Assembly: GCF_046119375.1 (NCBI RefSeq)
Contig: NW_027362761.1
Coordinates: 1,140,800,001-1,140,864,000, forward strand
Origin: Phyllobates terribilis
Taxonomy: Eukaryota
DNA length: 64,000 nt
Direction: 5' to 3'
In this document: positions 13,540-25,290 of the stretch, one piece after another
Layout: each line of letters starts with the position of its first letter
How positions within the stretch are numbered: the first letter of the stretch is position 1
Notes under the pieces: model-generated
What the model was told of the DNA's origin: nothing
The model's database searches: none
The model's input: the letters and a program-made list of their open reading frames with translations, nothing else
Translations under genes and position numbers: made by a program

Positions 13540-15315
13540 CTCATTTTGTTCAGGCCTGGGAAAACATTTCCTCCAGTCCCTGGGTCCTCAACATAGTGTG
13601 GGATGGATTAAGGATTCAATTCCTTCAGCGACCAAGGCGCTCGTTTGTGATGACCACTGTAAGAAAATCCCCAGACGAACAGCTGGCCCTAGAATCAGAG
13701 ATCTTGAGCCTCTTGAACAAACGAGTGCTATGCGAGGTTCTGGTCAGTCAAAAAGGAAGGGGATTTTATTCCCCTCTCTTTCTAATAAAAAAACCCAGAC
13801 GGTTCATTCAGAACTATTATAAATCTAAAAGGCCTCAACCGATTTGTAGACAACCATATATTCAAAATGGAATCGATAAATTCAACAATAAAGCTTCTTT
13901 TTCACAATTGCTTTATGGCGGTGATAGAGCTCAAAAACGCGTATTATCACGTCCCAATTCACTCAGACCATCTGAAGTATCTAAGGGTTGCTCTTTACAT
14001 CCAAGGAAGTTGCAGACACTTCCAATTCCAAGCTCTTCCCTTCGGGTTATCGATTGCTCCAAGGGTATTCACCAAGCCAATAGCCGAGGTGACGTCCTTT
14101 CTCCGCATTCAAAACACAGTCATAATACCATATCTGGACGACTTCCTTATAGTGGGGAATTCAGAGAGCCACTGTATTTCACAACTGAAACAAGTCATGG
14201 TTGTCTTGCAGAACTTAGGCTGGTTGGTCAACACCCAAAAATCAAGACTAGAACCCGTAAGGGTCCAGGCCTTTCTGGGATTTAGTCTAAACTCCGAGTG
14301 TCAGACTTGTCTTCTACCCGACAGCAAAATAGACAGTCACAAATTTGGTCTCGGCAGCCATACACACCCCAGACACGTCCTTGAGGAAGGCTATGTCCCT
14401 GCTAGGTACTCTAACATCATGCATTCCGGCGGTCAAGTCGGCCCAAGTTCACACAAGAAACCTTCAGTGGGAAATCTTGTCAGCACAAAAATTGTTAAAA
14501 GGGTATTTAGAAGGAAAGGTACATCTCTCCTTGCGAACCAGGAAATCCCTCTTGTGGTGGACAGACAGGTCAAATTTAACTTTAGGGGTCCAGTGGGACC
14601 CACCAGTACAAAACATCATCACGACCAAGTCTCTTGGTCATTTCTAGAGAAAGAGGGGTCGTCAAATCTAAAAGAGCTATGGGCAGTGAGGAACGCTTTA
14701 AAAGGCTTCCTCCCTTTACTCCAGGGTCGTCATGTTTGGGTTGTCAGACAACATAACCACCATGGCTTACATAAACCACCAGGGGGGAACAAGATCTCAT
14801 TCTCTTCTGGAAGCAGTAGGCAGGCTTTTTCAAATAGCGGAGCAAAATCTCCTATCTCTTATGGCGCTACACATTAGAGGCATAGAAAACACGAGAGCAG
14901 ACTTCCTAAGCCGCAACAAGTTGAGACAAGGGGAATGGGCCCTGAATCTCAGAGTATTCTGACAGATAGTACAGCTATGGCGTCTACCAGCGATAGATTG
15001 GTTCGCAGACAAAAACAACAGGAAAGTGGAAAAGTTCTGCTCACTAGACCAAAGGGGAAACCCATTGGTAATAGATGCTCTCCAGATTCCTTGGCGTTTC
15101 CTCCAATAGCTATGATACATCTGGTAGTGAGGAATATCAGGAAGGATCAAGTGAGAGTGATTCTCATAGCCCCCTTTTGGCCAAAGAGACCATGGTTCTC
15201 CCTCCTGAGAATTATGTCACTATCATACCCATGGATTCTACCAGAGACCTTGGACCTTCTGGCACAGGGACCAATATTCCACTCTCAAGTGAAGGGTTTC
15301 CACCTAGCAGCGTAG
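13540..15315 (+). pseudogene. DIRS ORF2: reverse transcriptase, RNase H, adenine-methyltransferase-like domain, frameshifted
   Basis: LPFGLSIAPRVFTK and YLDD (14131-14142); LKELWAV, DNITTMAYINHQGG, HIRGIENTRADFLSR; AFPP...LIAPFWPKRPWF. Confidence 0.9.
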
Positions 15316-16332
15316 AATTTGAGAGGGCAATATTGAGGGGCAAAGGTTTTTCAACAGGTTTAGTGTCTACTCTATTAAGAAGTAGAAAGCCCATAACCAG
15401 CAAAATCTATGCTATGGTAAAATTTTTAGATTTCCTAGGAAAGCAGTTAAGCCAAAAACCTTCAATTAATTCCATCCTGGAGTTTTTACAGAAGGGGTTT
15501 GAGTTAGGTCTGGCTACCAGTACGTATAAGGTCCAGGTTTCTGCCTTGGGTGCGCTATATAACCGTAATCTCGCAGCCAATAAATGGATTACAAGGTTCA
15601 TTAATTCTTGCGGTAGATCTAGGCCAGTCTCAATACCCAAAGTTCCCCCATGGAACCTGAATTTAGTGCTTGACGCCCTAACTATAAAACCCTTTGAACC
15701 AGTTCCAGTTCAGGAGTTGTCTGCAAAATACATAACTCTCAAAACAATTATTTTGGTGGCTTTAACATCAGCCCGTACAGTAAGTGATTTGCAGGCCCTA
15801 TCCATAAATCCTCCATATACACAATATTTGAGGATAGAATAGTATTGAGGCCTGATCCAGCCTACCTTCCCAAGGTTGCGCTCAAGTTTCATAGATCTCA
15901 GGAAATTGTTCTGCCCTCCTTTTGTAACAACCCGAACAAAAGTTTCATAACCTTGATGTTAGAAGGGCTTTTTTACAATACATAAATGTAACTAGCCAGT
16001 GGAGGCGCAGCCAATCCCTGTTTGTAGCCTTCCAGGGGAGTAGGAAGTGTTATGGTGTGACAAAAGCAACTATATCCAGATGGATTAGGGAGGCCATTTG
16101 CTTAGCCTACTCTACTAGTAACACCCCGATCCCTGACAGCATCAAGGCGCACTCCACCAGAGCCGTGGCTACCTCCTAGGCAGAGAAGACAGAGGTATCG
16201 ATATATCAGATCTGTAAGGCCGCTACCCGGTCATCACCATCTACCTTTTTCAAACCCTATCGTTTGGATCTATCCTGCCTATCTGACTTAACCTTTGGTA
16301 GAAGGGTGCTGCAAGCGGTGGTCCCTCCCTAA
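15310..16332 (+). pseudogene. DIRS ORF3 tyrosine recombinase, disrupted
   Basis: LALTSAR(T)VSDLQAL; HSTR (16150-16161) followed by a premature TAG, then ICKAAT...TFFKPYRLD. Confidence 0.88.
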
Positions 16333-17284
16333 GGTGTTTCTTTCTCCAAAATTCTCTCAGGTGTGCTGTCATGGGTGACGGGAAAACACCAAGGAAACTT
16401 ACTGATAGCCGGTTTTTCCAGAACCCATGACAGCACCCATATATCCCCCCCCCTTCTTTCTTTATCACCATATGGGTGTGCACGTTTGTTGGGTGCTATA
16501 TGATGTGGTGTTGGATTTTGTATATAACTTTTTTATGGAGGTCCTCTCAATGCACTGTAACCAACTGAAGTGGGGGAGAGGTGCCGCCCTTTTATTTCAG
16601 ATGGTTTCCTGTCCTCGATGGGTGGATTCTCTCAGGTGTGCTGTCATGGGTTCTGGAAAAACCGGCTATCGGTAAGTAATCTTGGTGTTTTCAACAGCTG
16701 TTGACTTCTCACCAAGCTGCTTGCCTATCGTCCTGTAGCCCATCCTAGCCTTGTGCAAGTCTACAATTTTGTCTCTGGTATCCTTAGACAGCTCTTTGGT
16801 CTTGGCCATGGTGGAGAGGTTGGAGTGTGATTGATTGAGTGTGTAGACAAATGTTCAAACAGATGGAATTAATACAGGTAATGAGTGCAGAGTAGGAGGG
16901 CTTCTGAAGAAAAACTAACAGGTCTGTGAGAGCCAGAATTCTTGCTGGTTGGTAGGTGATCAAATACTTATTTCATGCAATAAAATACAATTTTATTATG
17001 TAAAAATCATACAATGTGATTTTCTGGTTTTTATTTTTAGATTCAGCCTCTCACAGGAGACGTCTCCATTCTTTGTAGGTGGAAAAATTTGCAAATTTGG
17101 CAGTGTATCAAATACTTATTTTCCCCACATTTTCCAGATTATCATATGCTACAAGTTTAGAAAATCCGAAAACAAGTAAATAAAAACATGTCAAATCACG
17201 TAAAACCTGGCTGGTGGTCTGAGGTAGTGTAAAGGGTTAATGGCACCAGGTTTGGAGGTCTATAGTGAAAAGCTTAATATTCTA

Positions 17285-18035
17285 ATCCCTGGTGGTATAG
17301 GATAGGAGAAGGGCTATTATTGTATGCCCTGGTGGTATAAGTAAAGAAAGGGTTAATACTGTATTCCAAAGTTGACTTGGATAGAGGGCTAATAATGCAC
17401 TCTTTGGTGGACTAGAATAGTTGAGGGTTATTATACCCGTTTTACGCTAGACCACCATTAATATTTTATTTCTTTGTAGTCTACGTTAGAATGGGGGTGG
17501 ACGCGTAGGTTAATATTGTATTTCCTGGTGGTCTAGAATAGGAGTTAATATTATATTCTCTGGTGGTCTAGGGTGAAATAGAGGTTTATATGATAATGTA
17601 TGTAGAGCGCTGAGGAATATGTTGGCGATATATAAAAATAAAGATTATTATTATTATAATCCATGGTGCTCTAGGAAAGCAGAAAGATTTATATTATAAT
17701 CCCTGGTGGTCTAGGGTAGAAGAAAAGTTTATAGTATATTCCCTGGTGGTCTAGGGTAGCAGAGAGATTTATATTATATTCTGTGGTGGTCTAGTGTAGA
17801 ATAGAGGTTTATATTATATTCCCTGGTGGTCTAGGGTAGAATAGAGGTTTATATTATATTCCCTGGTCCTCTAGGGTAGAAGAAGTGTTATTATTGTATT
17901 CCATGGTGGGCTAGAGAAGAACAAGGGATAATACTTTATTAGCTGGCAGACTAGGGAAGGACAGGGATAATATGGTATTCTATATAATGGGCTAAGACAG
18001 AAGGGTTAACAGTGTATTCCCTGGTGGCGTAGGGT
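17285..18035. repeat. Degenerate approx. 40-bp minisatellite
   Basis: Recurring TATTATATTCCCTGGTGGTCTAGGGTAGAA. Confidence 0.75.
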
Positions 18036-18123
18036 AGAAGAGGGAGGTTGCTACCTGGCGCTCTTGTGGTCTTTACACGCCTCCTGCTTAGTCCTGTCTT
18101 TCACAGAAACTTGAATGCTATAT

Positions 18124-19240
18124 TGTGACGAGACAGAATTTAATCTTAAATATCCAGATGTCTATTTTCAGTAGGACAGGAGACATGGGGTATTGACTGA
18201 ATGTTGACTATTGAATTTGTGCGTTTTTCTTCGGTTGGTCAAGAAACATGGCCTATTGTCATAAAAGTGAATTTTGACACTAGAATTAATGTTTGTGAAA
18301 TTTCAGAATGGTTGCTGTGTACCTCTTGTAACAGCTCCTACAGGTTAGTGTCTGCTATTTTTGCAAAACAGGGATGCAGGGTCATTGAACAATCGATATT
18401 TGCTAATATGCTGATTAGCCATTGGGTAAGTCCATGTAGTTTGTTGACCTGCAAAACGGTGGAGGACAATCTAAATACACAAACAATGAGAAACTAGCCT
18501 CTCTCACCTTCCCCCTGACCTGTGGATGATGGCTTGAAGGACAGATCTGAACTATAACAGGGGGATCTGCCTCTGTTCCAAGAGAGATACAAATTTGGGA
18601 CATTACAAAACCACAACCAGAGAGACTCTACAAAAGCAACTGTCAGGACACCATGGCTCTATCAAGGGGACTTTACAAAACCAGAGCCAGGAACCCTCTG
18701 CAGGACAGCTGCCAAAACACCATGGCTCCATCAAGAGGGACACAGATTTGACATTCTATAGGATGCCAGCTTAAGGACCAATGTCCTAACTGCAAGAAAA
18801 TAGATCTGCTCCATTTACCATCACGGAAGCCATGGAGACGTTTGGGGAAGCCAAGTTGGGACCCTCCGGACACCTAGTCACGTACCTCAATTGTCAGCTT
18901 GCTAAGCTTGTCATTACCTCCTCTCTGTGGGTGCACACCAAAAGCAGGGTGCCAATGGTGGGGGTAGTTGACCTTCGAAGGCCCAAGGTCGCAGCTGCAC
19001 TGAATCCCCGCGAGTCACAGAAGGGTGAGACTGTCATTTTGCACCATCTTGTGTATTTTCTGGGACTGTACTACATGTTTTATTGTATGTTGGTGGTTGA
19101 ATAAAGTATTGCCATACTGTTGTCTGAATAGTTTTCTGCCCACGGGAAAGGAGTGTGGGCATTCAGTGGGATGAGCCCTTGTCCATGCGGTCTAGGGCTA
19201 GCGGACGAGAGCACCCACTGACTCCCCCCGTGTCTCCACA
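18124..19240 (+). mobile_element. Solo LTR
   Basis: TG...CA termini with short inverted ends (TGTGACGAGACA / TGTCTCCACA); 5-bp TSD TATAT (18119-18123, 19241-19245); AATAAA at 19100-19105. Confidence 0.7.
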
Positions 19241-19784
19241 TATATACATACCACGTTCCACTGAGCTCAATGATTGGCTGCAGTGCTGTCGACTTGACGT
19301 CAACATTGCAGGCAAACAACAGAAACCGAAGCAGCGGCAGAGACACAGCTCTGGACCCGGGGAGGGCGAGTAACACTTTTTTTTATATTGTTACAGCAAC
19401 CTATTACAATAAGTTTTCTGAAAAGGGCAACACCTTTAACATTAATGAGCAGGGACGCTTCATGCTAAAGGGGGAAACCGCTTTATTGCAAAGCACCGTG
19501 GTCCGATATATACAGTCACATTGGATTTCGCCACCATGTAACAAAAACCAGGTCCTGATATGTATGTTAATGTGAAGGTTTAAAGGACACCTAACATTGG
19601 TCATCCATAGGAATATTTGTGATCCACTTAAAGTGGTTCTCCACCCTGTACACTGCCAGGACACACAATATCTGCCAATTGCGCAGCGTCTCAGCAGTTG
19701 TGTGCAGAAACCCAGGGACGAGGGGACGCCGGCCCCCAACCCAGGGACGAGAGGATGCCGGCGGTGGTAATGTATTAACGTTAC

Positions 19785-19901
19785 CTTGAAACACCTGATG
19801 ATTGTTCCTGAGCAGGGTCTGCAGACCTCCGCACTCCTTCTTCAGTCTCTGTAATGTTTCCTTTTCAAGGACTTCAGCTACTTCCCGCAATGGAAGACTT
19901 C
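19785..19901 (-). CDS. TRMT44: TRMT44 coding exon 10 (SLPLREVAEVLEKETLQRLKKECGGLQTLLRNNHQVFQ)
   Basis: 117 nt, ttatag / gtaacg; conserved LKxECGGLQTLLRN. Confidence 0.94.
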
Positions 19902-20237
19902 CTATAATGGATATGAAAAAACATCAAAACTGGCATCCTCGTGCTCCAAGTAAGACACATAAGTGTCCTCTACACGTGCCTTGTTGCTGCCATATACTAG
20001 AACACACACCGCACCGCAAAAACCTCAGGTACTAGTCCTAGATAACAAGGCAGAATTTACAGGGTATCAATCTAGGTCGACTATTTCCTAAGGAGCCTCC
20101 AATGTATGTAACCGCCAGATGCGACTTTAATACTAATGCCTCTCCTGTACAGCATTATTATTTGGCATCGTGTGACTGTATTGGGCTCCACTTACATCAT
20201 CTTAGAGCTCCATGTTTGTTTTTTACACTAGAAAAAG

Positions 20238-20692
20238 CCTAGGCCCCTTCCAGTAATAATGTCCCCTATTCCGGGCTCTTTCCTGTAATGGGCTCCTTCC
20301 TGCAATAATTGTTCCTCGATCTGGGCTCCTTCCTGTAATAATCCGTCCCGTCCCCCTTCTGGGCTCCTTCCTGTAATAATCCCCCCCCCCCCCTTGTTCT
20401 GGGCTCCTTCCAGTACTAATGTCCCACATTCTGGGCTCCTTCCAGTAATGGGCTCCTTCCTGCAATAATATCCCTCGTTTTGGGCTCCTTCAGTAATAAT
20501 GTCCCCCCCTGTTCTGGACTCCTTCCTGCAATAATGTTCCCCGTTCTGGACTCCTTCCTGCAATAACGTCCCCTGTTCTAGGCCCCTTCCAGTAATAATG
20601 TCCCCCGTTCTGGGCTCCTTCCTGTCTTATTGTCCCCTGTTCTGGGCCGCTTCCAGTAATGTCCCCTGTTCTGGGCTTCTTCCTGTGTTAAT
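20238..20692. repeat. Degenerate approx. 30-36-bp minisatellite
   Basis: Recurring CTGGGCTCCTTCCTGTAATAATGTCCCC. Confidence 0.85.
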
Positions 20693-21074
20693 GTCCACCA
20701 TCAAGTGTATTCATAGGGCTAAGAAACTGAAACTATCCTTGAGCGTGTGTGCTTCTTGTAGTCCGGAGACAGCTTCTTGTGATGCAGGAGAACGCTGAAA
20801 CCACCCCCCTCCCAATCAGAGAGAGCTGCTGTCTCTCCTCCTGTCTGACATGGATCTATGTGATCAGTGCAGAGCAGGAGACGAAGCTGCTGGGACTGAA
20901 CGGAGGCAGCAGGACCTTATGCAATTGTAATTGCAGGACCTTTCAGGTCATGTGACTGATTTAAGACTTGAAATGTGCTTGAGTTAATCATGTGGACGGT
21001 ACTGCAACTGCTCAACTCCTACAGCCTCCGTACAGGTCCTGATCAGGAACTGCAGGAAGTAATATATAGTGTAA

Positions 21075-21605
21075 TGTGAATATGTAGCAGAGCTGTGTGT
21101 GTGTTTTTTTAGGTGCATATGTAGCAGAGCTGTGTGTGTGTGCGCATTTATAGGTGCATATGTAGCAAAGCCGTGTGTGTGCGCATTTATAGGTGCATNN
21201 NNNNNNNNNNNNNNNNNNNNNNNNNNNNNNNNNNNNNNNNNNNNNNNNNNNNNNNNNNNNNNNNNNNNNNNNNNNNNNNNNNNNNNNNNNNNNNNNNNNN
21301 NNNNNNNNNNNNNNNNNNNNNNNNNNNNGTGTGTGCGCATTTATATGTGCATATGTAGCAGAGCTATGTGTGTGCGTCTATATGTGCATATGTAGCAGAG
21401 CTGTGTGTGCGCGCGTCTATATGTGAATATGTAGCAGAGCTCTGTGTGTGTGTGTGTATGTGNNNNNNNNNNNNNNNNNNNNNNNNNNNNNNNNNNNNNN
21501 NNNNNNNNNNNNNNNNNNNNNNNNNNNNNNNNNNNNNNNNNNNNNNNNNNNNNNNNNNNNNNNNNNNNNNNNNNNNNNNNNNNNNNNNNNNGCTGTGTGT
21601 GTGCA
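21075..21605. repeat. GT-rich minisatellite with two assembly gaps
   Basis: Recurring GTGCATATGTAGCAGAGCTGTGTGTG; N runs at 21199-21328 and 21463-21591. Confidence 0.85.
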
Positions 21606-21873
21606 TAACACTGCAGAGAAACACTAACAACAGATTTATTACCTCCATATTCTCCCCTAGTACAATAAAATGAGTGATAATGACCCCTGTACTTTACATG
21701 GCCAGGGAAGTTTTAATTAACAGGAAAAACTGTTTTTTTCCTCTTTTCTACTGTCTAAACCTGGGGTGCGTCTTACGGTAAGAAGTGTCTTATAATCCGA
21801 AAAATAAGATATTCAGTGAGGGGTGCCGGACAACCCTCAACAAAGGGTTAAAAAGAAAAATGCCGATGCTTAC

Positions 21874-22249
21874 TGCCATTGTTCCAGGTTTGCTGGGCTC
21901 CTCCGTCTGTAGAGCGGTCGTACTTCTCTTCTAGTAATAGCTGTGCGACCTGCAGCACCACCTTATCAGTGAAGTCCCTGGGCAGTAAGGCGCAGTTCCT
22001 GACTTGTTCCACTTTGTCTCTGGGCCTGAACCCCAATATCCAGTTTGCAGGTTCTGGCTTTAGGCAATGGTTAGTGCCATCCGAGGTGACATCGGTGGCA
22101 TCGTGTGCAGAGTCTGTGTTATGTCCACAGGTCCCAGAAGCATGTGTTATAGGGTCAGCGGCATGACTGGATATGTACTGAGACCTCCGGGCATCGGCCT
22201 GTGGCTCCTCTGCAGGAGAGTAACCCCGCGACTTCCCTATAAGGCACAC
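21874..22249 (-). CDS. TRMT44: TRMT44 coding exon 9 (VCLIGKSRGY...GFRPRDKVEQVRNCALLPRDF...TWNNG)
   Basis: 376 nt, ttgcag / gtaagc; conserved VCLxG and GFxPR...VRNC. Confidence 0.93.
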
Positions 22250-22297
22250 CTGCAAATAGGTGATCAGAAAGGAAATTATATTATTTATCTTGTACTC

Positions 22298-23363
22298 TTA
22301 CATCCTGTATTATACTCCAGAGCTGCACTCACTATTCTGCTGGTGGGGTCACTGTGTACATACATTACATTACTGATCCTGTACTGATCCACAGTTACAT
22401 CCTGTATTATACTCCAGAGCTGCACTCACTATTCTGCTGGTGGGGTCATTGTGTACATATGTTACATTACTTATCCTGTACTGATCCAGAGTTACATCTT
22501 GTATTATACTCCAGAGCTGAACTCTCTATTCTGCTGGTGCAGTCACTGTGTACATTACATTACTGATCCTGTACTGATCCTGAGTCCTGTATTATACTCC
22601 AGAGTTGCACTCACTATTCTGCTGGTGCAGTCACTGTATACATACATTACATTACTTATCCTGTACTGATCCAGAGTTACATCTTGTATTATACTCCAGA
22701 GCTGAACTCTCTATTCTGCTGGTGCAGTCACTGTGTACATTACATTACTGATCCTGTACTGATCCTGAGTCCTGTATTATACTCCAGAGCTGCACTCACT
22801 ATTCTGCTGGTGCAGTCACTGTATACATACATTACATTACTTATCCTGTACTGATCCTGAGTTACATCCTGTATTATACTCCAGAGCTGCACTCACTATT
22901 CTGCTGGTGCAGTCACTGTATACATACATTACATTACTTATCCTGTGCTGATCTTGAGTTACGTCTTCTTATATTATACTCCAGAGCTGAACTCTCTATT
23001 CTGCTGGTGCAGTCACTGTGTACATTACATTACTGATCCTGTACTGATCCTGAGTTACATCCTGTATTATATTCCAGAGCTGATGATCAGTACAGGATAA
23101 GTAATGTAATGTATGTACACAGTGACTGCACCAGCAGAATAGTGAGTGCAGCTCTGGAGTATAATACACGATATAACTCAGGATCAGTGCAGGATAAGTA
23201 ATGTAATGTATGTACACAGTGACTGCACCAGCAGAATAGTGAGCGCAGCTCTGGAGTATAATACAGGATGTAGCTCAGGATCAGTGCAGGATAAGTAATG
23301 TAATGTATGTACACAGTGACTGCACCAGCAGAATAGTAAGTGCAGCTCTGGAGTATAATACAG
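22298..23363. repeat. Approx. 97-bp satellite, about 8 forward and 3 inverted units
   Basis: Unit GTGCAGTCACTGTGTACATACATTAC...TCCAGAGCTGCACTCACTATTCTGCTG; orientation switch at 23083-23084. Confidence 0.95.
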
Positions 23364-23413
23364 AATCAGCACGGAATGTGCTAAAATATCAGAGAGAGGA
23401 GGGGGGCACTTAC

Positions 23414-23597
23414 CCTTTTAGTGGATGGAATTCTCAGACAATCCTCTTCCACAATGAATCCGCATTGAACGCCAACTTCAGTGACAAAATCAAGGTATTC
23501 TCGGTACTGAGTCTTTTTACTGGATTTCCGGTTGTATTTTCCATAGAAGTTGAAGAAGCAGCACGGCAACACAAAGAAGCGGCAAGAATAAGATGAC
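23414..23597 (-). CDS. TRMT44: TRMT44 coding exon 8 (SSYSCRFFVLPCCFFNF...EDCLRIPSTKR)
   Basis: 184 nt, ctccag / gtaagt; conserved LPCCF and LRIPSTKR. Confidence 0.95.
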
Positions 23598-24314
23598 CTG
23601 GAGGAGAAGACGTCGTTCAAGGCAAGAAACAAGCAGGCGCCCTATCCACTCACTTACTACTGTAGAGGGACCCTGCGCTGTCATCACACACAGCGAGCGG
23701 CTCCTCCTTGTATGAGGGATTGTTTTTTGTGAGACAAACAATCCTCAGACAGTTCTCTTCTCCTCTTTCTGTTCTCCATGCTTAGTGTGGCACACACTGC
23801 AAAGATTTTTTTTAACTGGTTTCAGGTGTGATTTTCATATTGCCTCCACCTTTTACTTGCCATGGGTGCGTTTGAATGAGCATCACATGCTTGAAACAAA
23901 GTTGTTTACCCACAATTTTGGACAGGTGCAAGCAATTTTGTCCGGCCCATTTTTGAGGTTTTGTGTGAAATTATGTCCAATTGAGAAATACTTAATGTTC
24001 TATGTAATGAGATTAAGGTGTTGGGATGGGAGCTAGCTCTGGTTGCAGCAGTTACTGCTAGGTGCCTGCTGTGTTGCACTGCCGACACCTGTGCTGAAGG
24101 GAGCAGGCTCAGCTACTGAGCCCGGTCCATACAAGCAATATTTACATCTGTTCTACATATACAGCGGATGTCACTAAGGGTTTAAAGACACACATCAGGG
24201 GCACCCAGAGTCTCGGAGGCCCATACAGTCAGGTATGAATGGCTGATTACAGAGAACAGTAGCTGCACAGCCTATATGCAGAAGATAGGCCAGACATGAC
24301 GCTTGTTTCATTAC

Positions 24315-24421
24315 CGAGCAGCGATTACAGGAAGCCACGGTGTGAGCTCATCAGAATGGTTACCAATTATCCAATCCGTGTCTGGAAATAAGTCATTATC
24401 ACTGGGCGTAATGGCAGATTC
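24315..24421 (-). CDS. TRMT44: TRMT44 coding exon 7 (ESAITPSDNDLFPDTDWIIGNHSDELTPWLPVIAAR)
   Basis: 107 nt, ccccag / gtaatg; conserved IGNHSDELTPW. Confidence 0.95.
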
Positions 24422-25290
24422 CTGGGGAAAGAAATAAATCAATGTTATTTGCTATGGGATATTAGAAAAGAACAAAGCAAGAATCCAGTTTCTGCACAAA
24501 AAAAAGAAAAAAAAAAAAAAAAAAAAAAGGAACAAGGACTTAATAAAAAGTAGATTGATAATGAGTATTATGCTGGGGACACCCGCAATATCTGGGCCTT
24601 TATGCAGTCTGGAGACTAGTGCAGTCAGTGACGGAGTAAAGAAGCATGGATAATACAACAGCTACAGTTTAGTTTCTCGTGGGCGAGTAATTTTGATTAT
24701 TTTAGAATTTTTTTTTTATGTATGCACAGATTAATTAAAGAGGTTAAAACAAGCTTTCGCTAGGACCAATACAACGATAGTTTAAAAACCCCTTTAAAAA
24801 AGGAAATGTCACAATATGTATTTTTTTTTTTTTACCTGGTGTAAATGCCGATGTTTTCCTGAATCCGGCGCTGTTTTTCTTTTGTTCCTGCGCCTCTCTG
24901 TTCCGGAGATATGGCCTCCTGTATAAATCATAAATCTGGCCTTGTTAGCTAAATGGGCGTGATCCTATAGATGACGACTCCCACTTGGATAACAAGACTA
25001 GATTTATGTATAGGGTAAAAAAGGTCATAACTCCGGAATGGAGAGGCGCAGGAACAAAAGATAAACAGCTCCGGATTCAGGAAAACATCGGCATTTACAC
25101 CAGGTAAAAAATAATTACATATTTATGGAAAATAACAGGTCCCATTTAAGGGTAGAGACTGATTGTCACCGGGAATCTCTGTGACATGATCAGAGCTCCA
25201 GGGCAGTTTGACCATATTCCTGTGGTTAGAACATAAATATGACCTTATAACTATGTGTACTAGGAGTATTCAGCCTTATATTCAGATATA

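Larger units (their letters stand above)
11379..16692 (+). mobile_element. DIRS1-type tyrosine-recombinase retrotransposon, full structure, ORFs disrupted
   Basis: About 91-bp inverted terminal repeats (11390-11480, 16560-16650); internal complementary region 16352-16436 matching both ends; gag, RT/RNase H, methyltransferase-like and recombinase regions in DIRS order. Confidence 0.95.
9969..17128 (-). mobile_element. Degenerate Tc1 element hosting the DIRS (11379-16692) and a hAT MITE (10175-10508)
   Basis: [20 protein letters not shown] starts at 16809; rest of transposase 10530-11378 ([20 protein letters not shown]); TIR remnants at both ends. Confidence 0.88.

Noticed and set aside
21199-21591. 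ORFs spanning X runs
   Set aside because: They cross assembly gaps in a GT-rich repeat.
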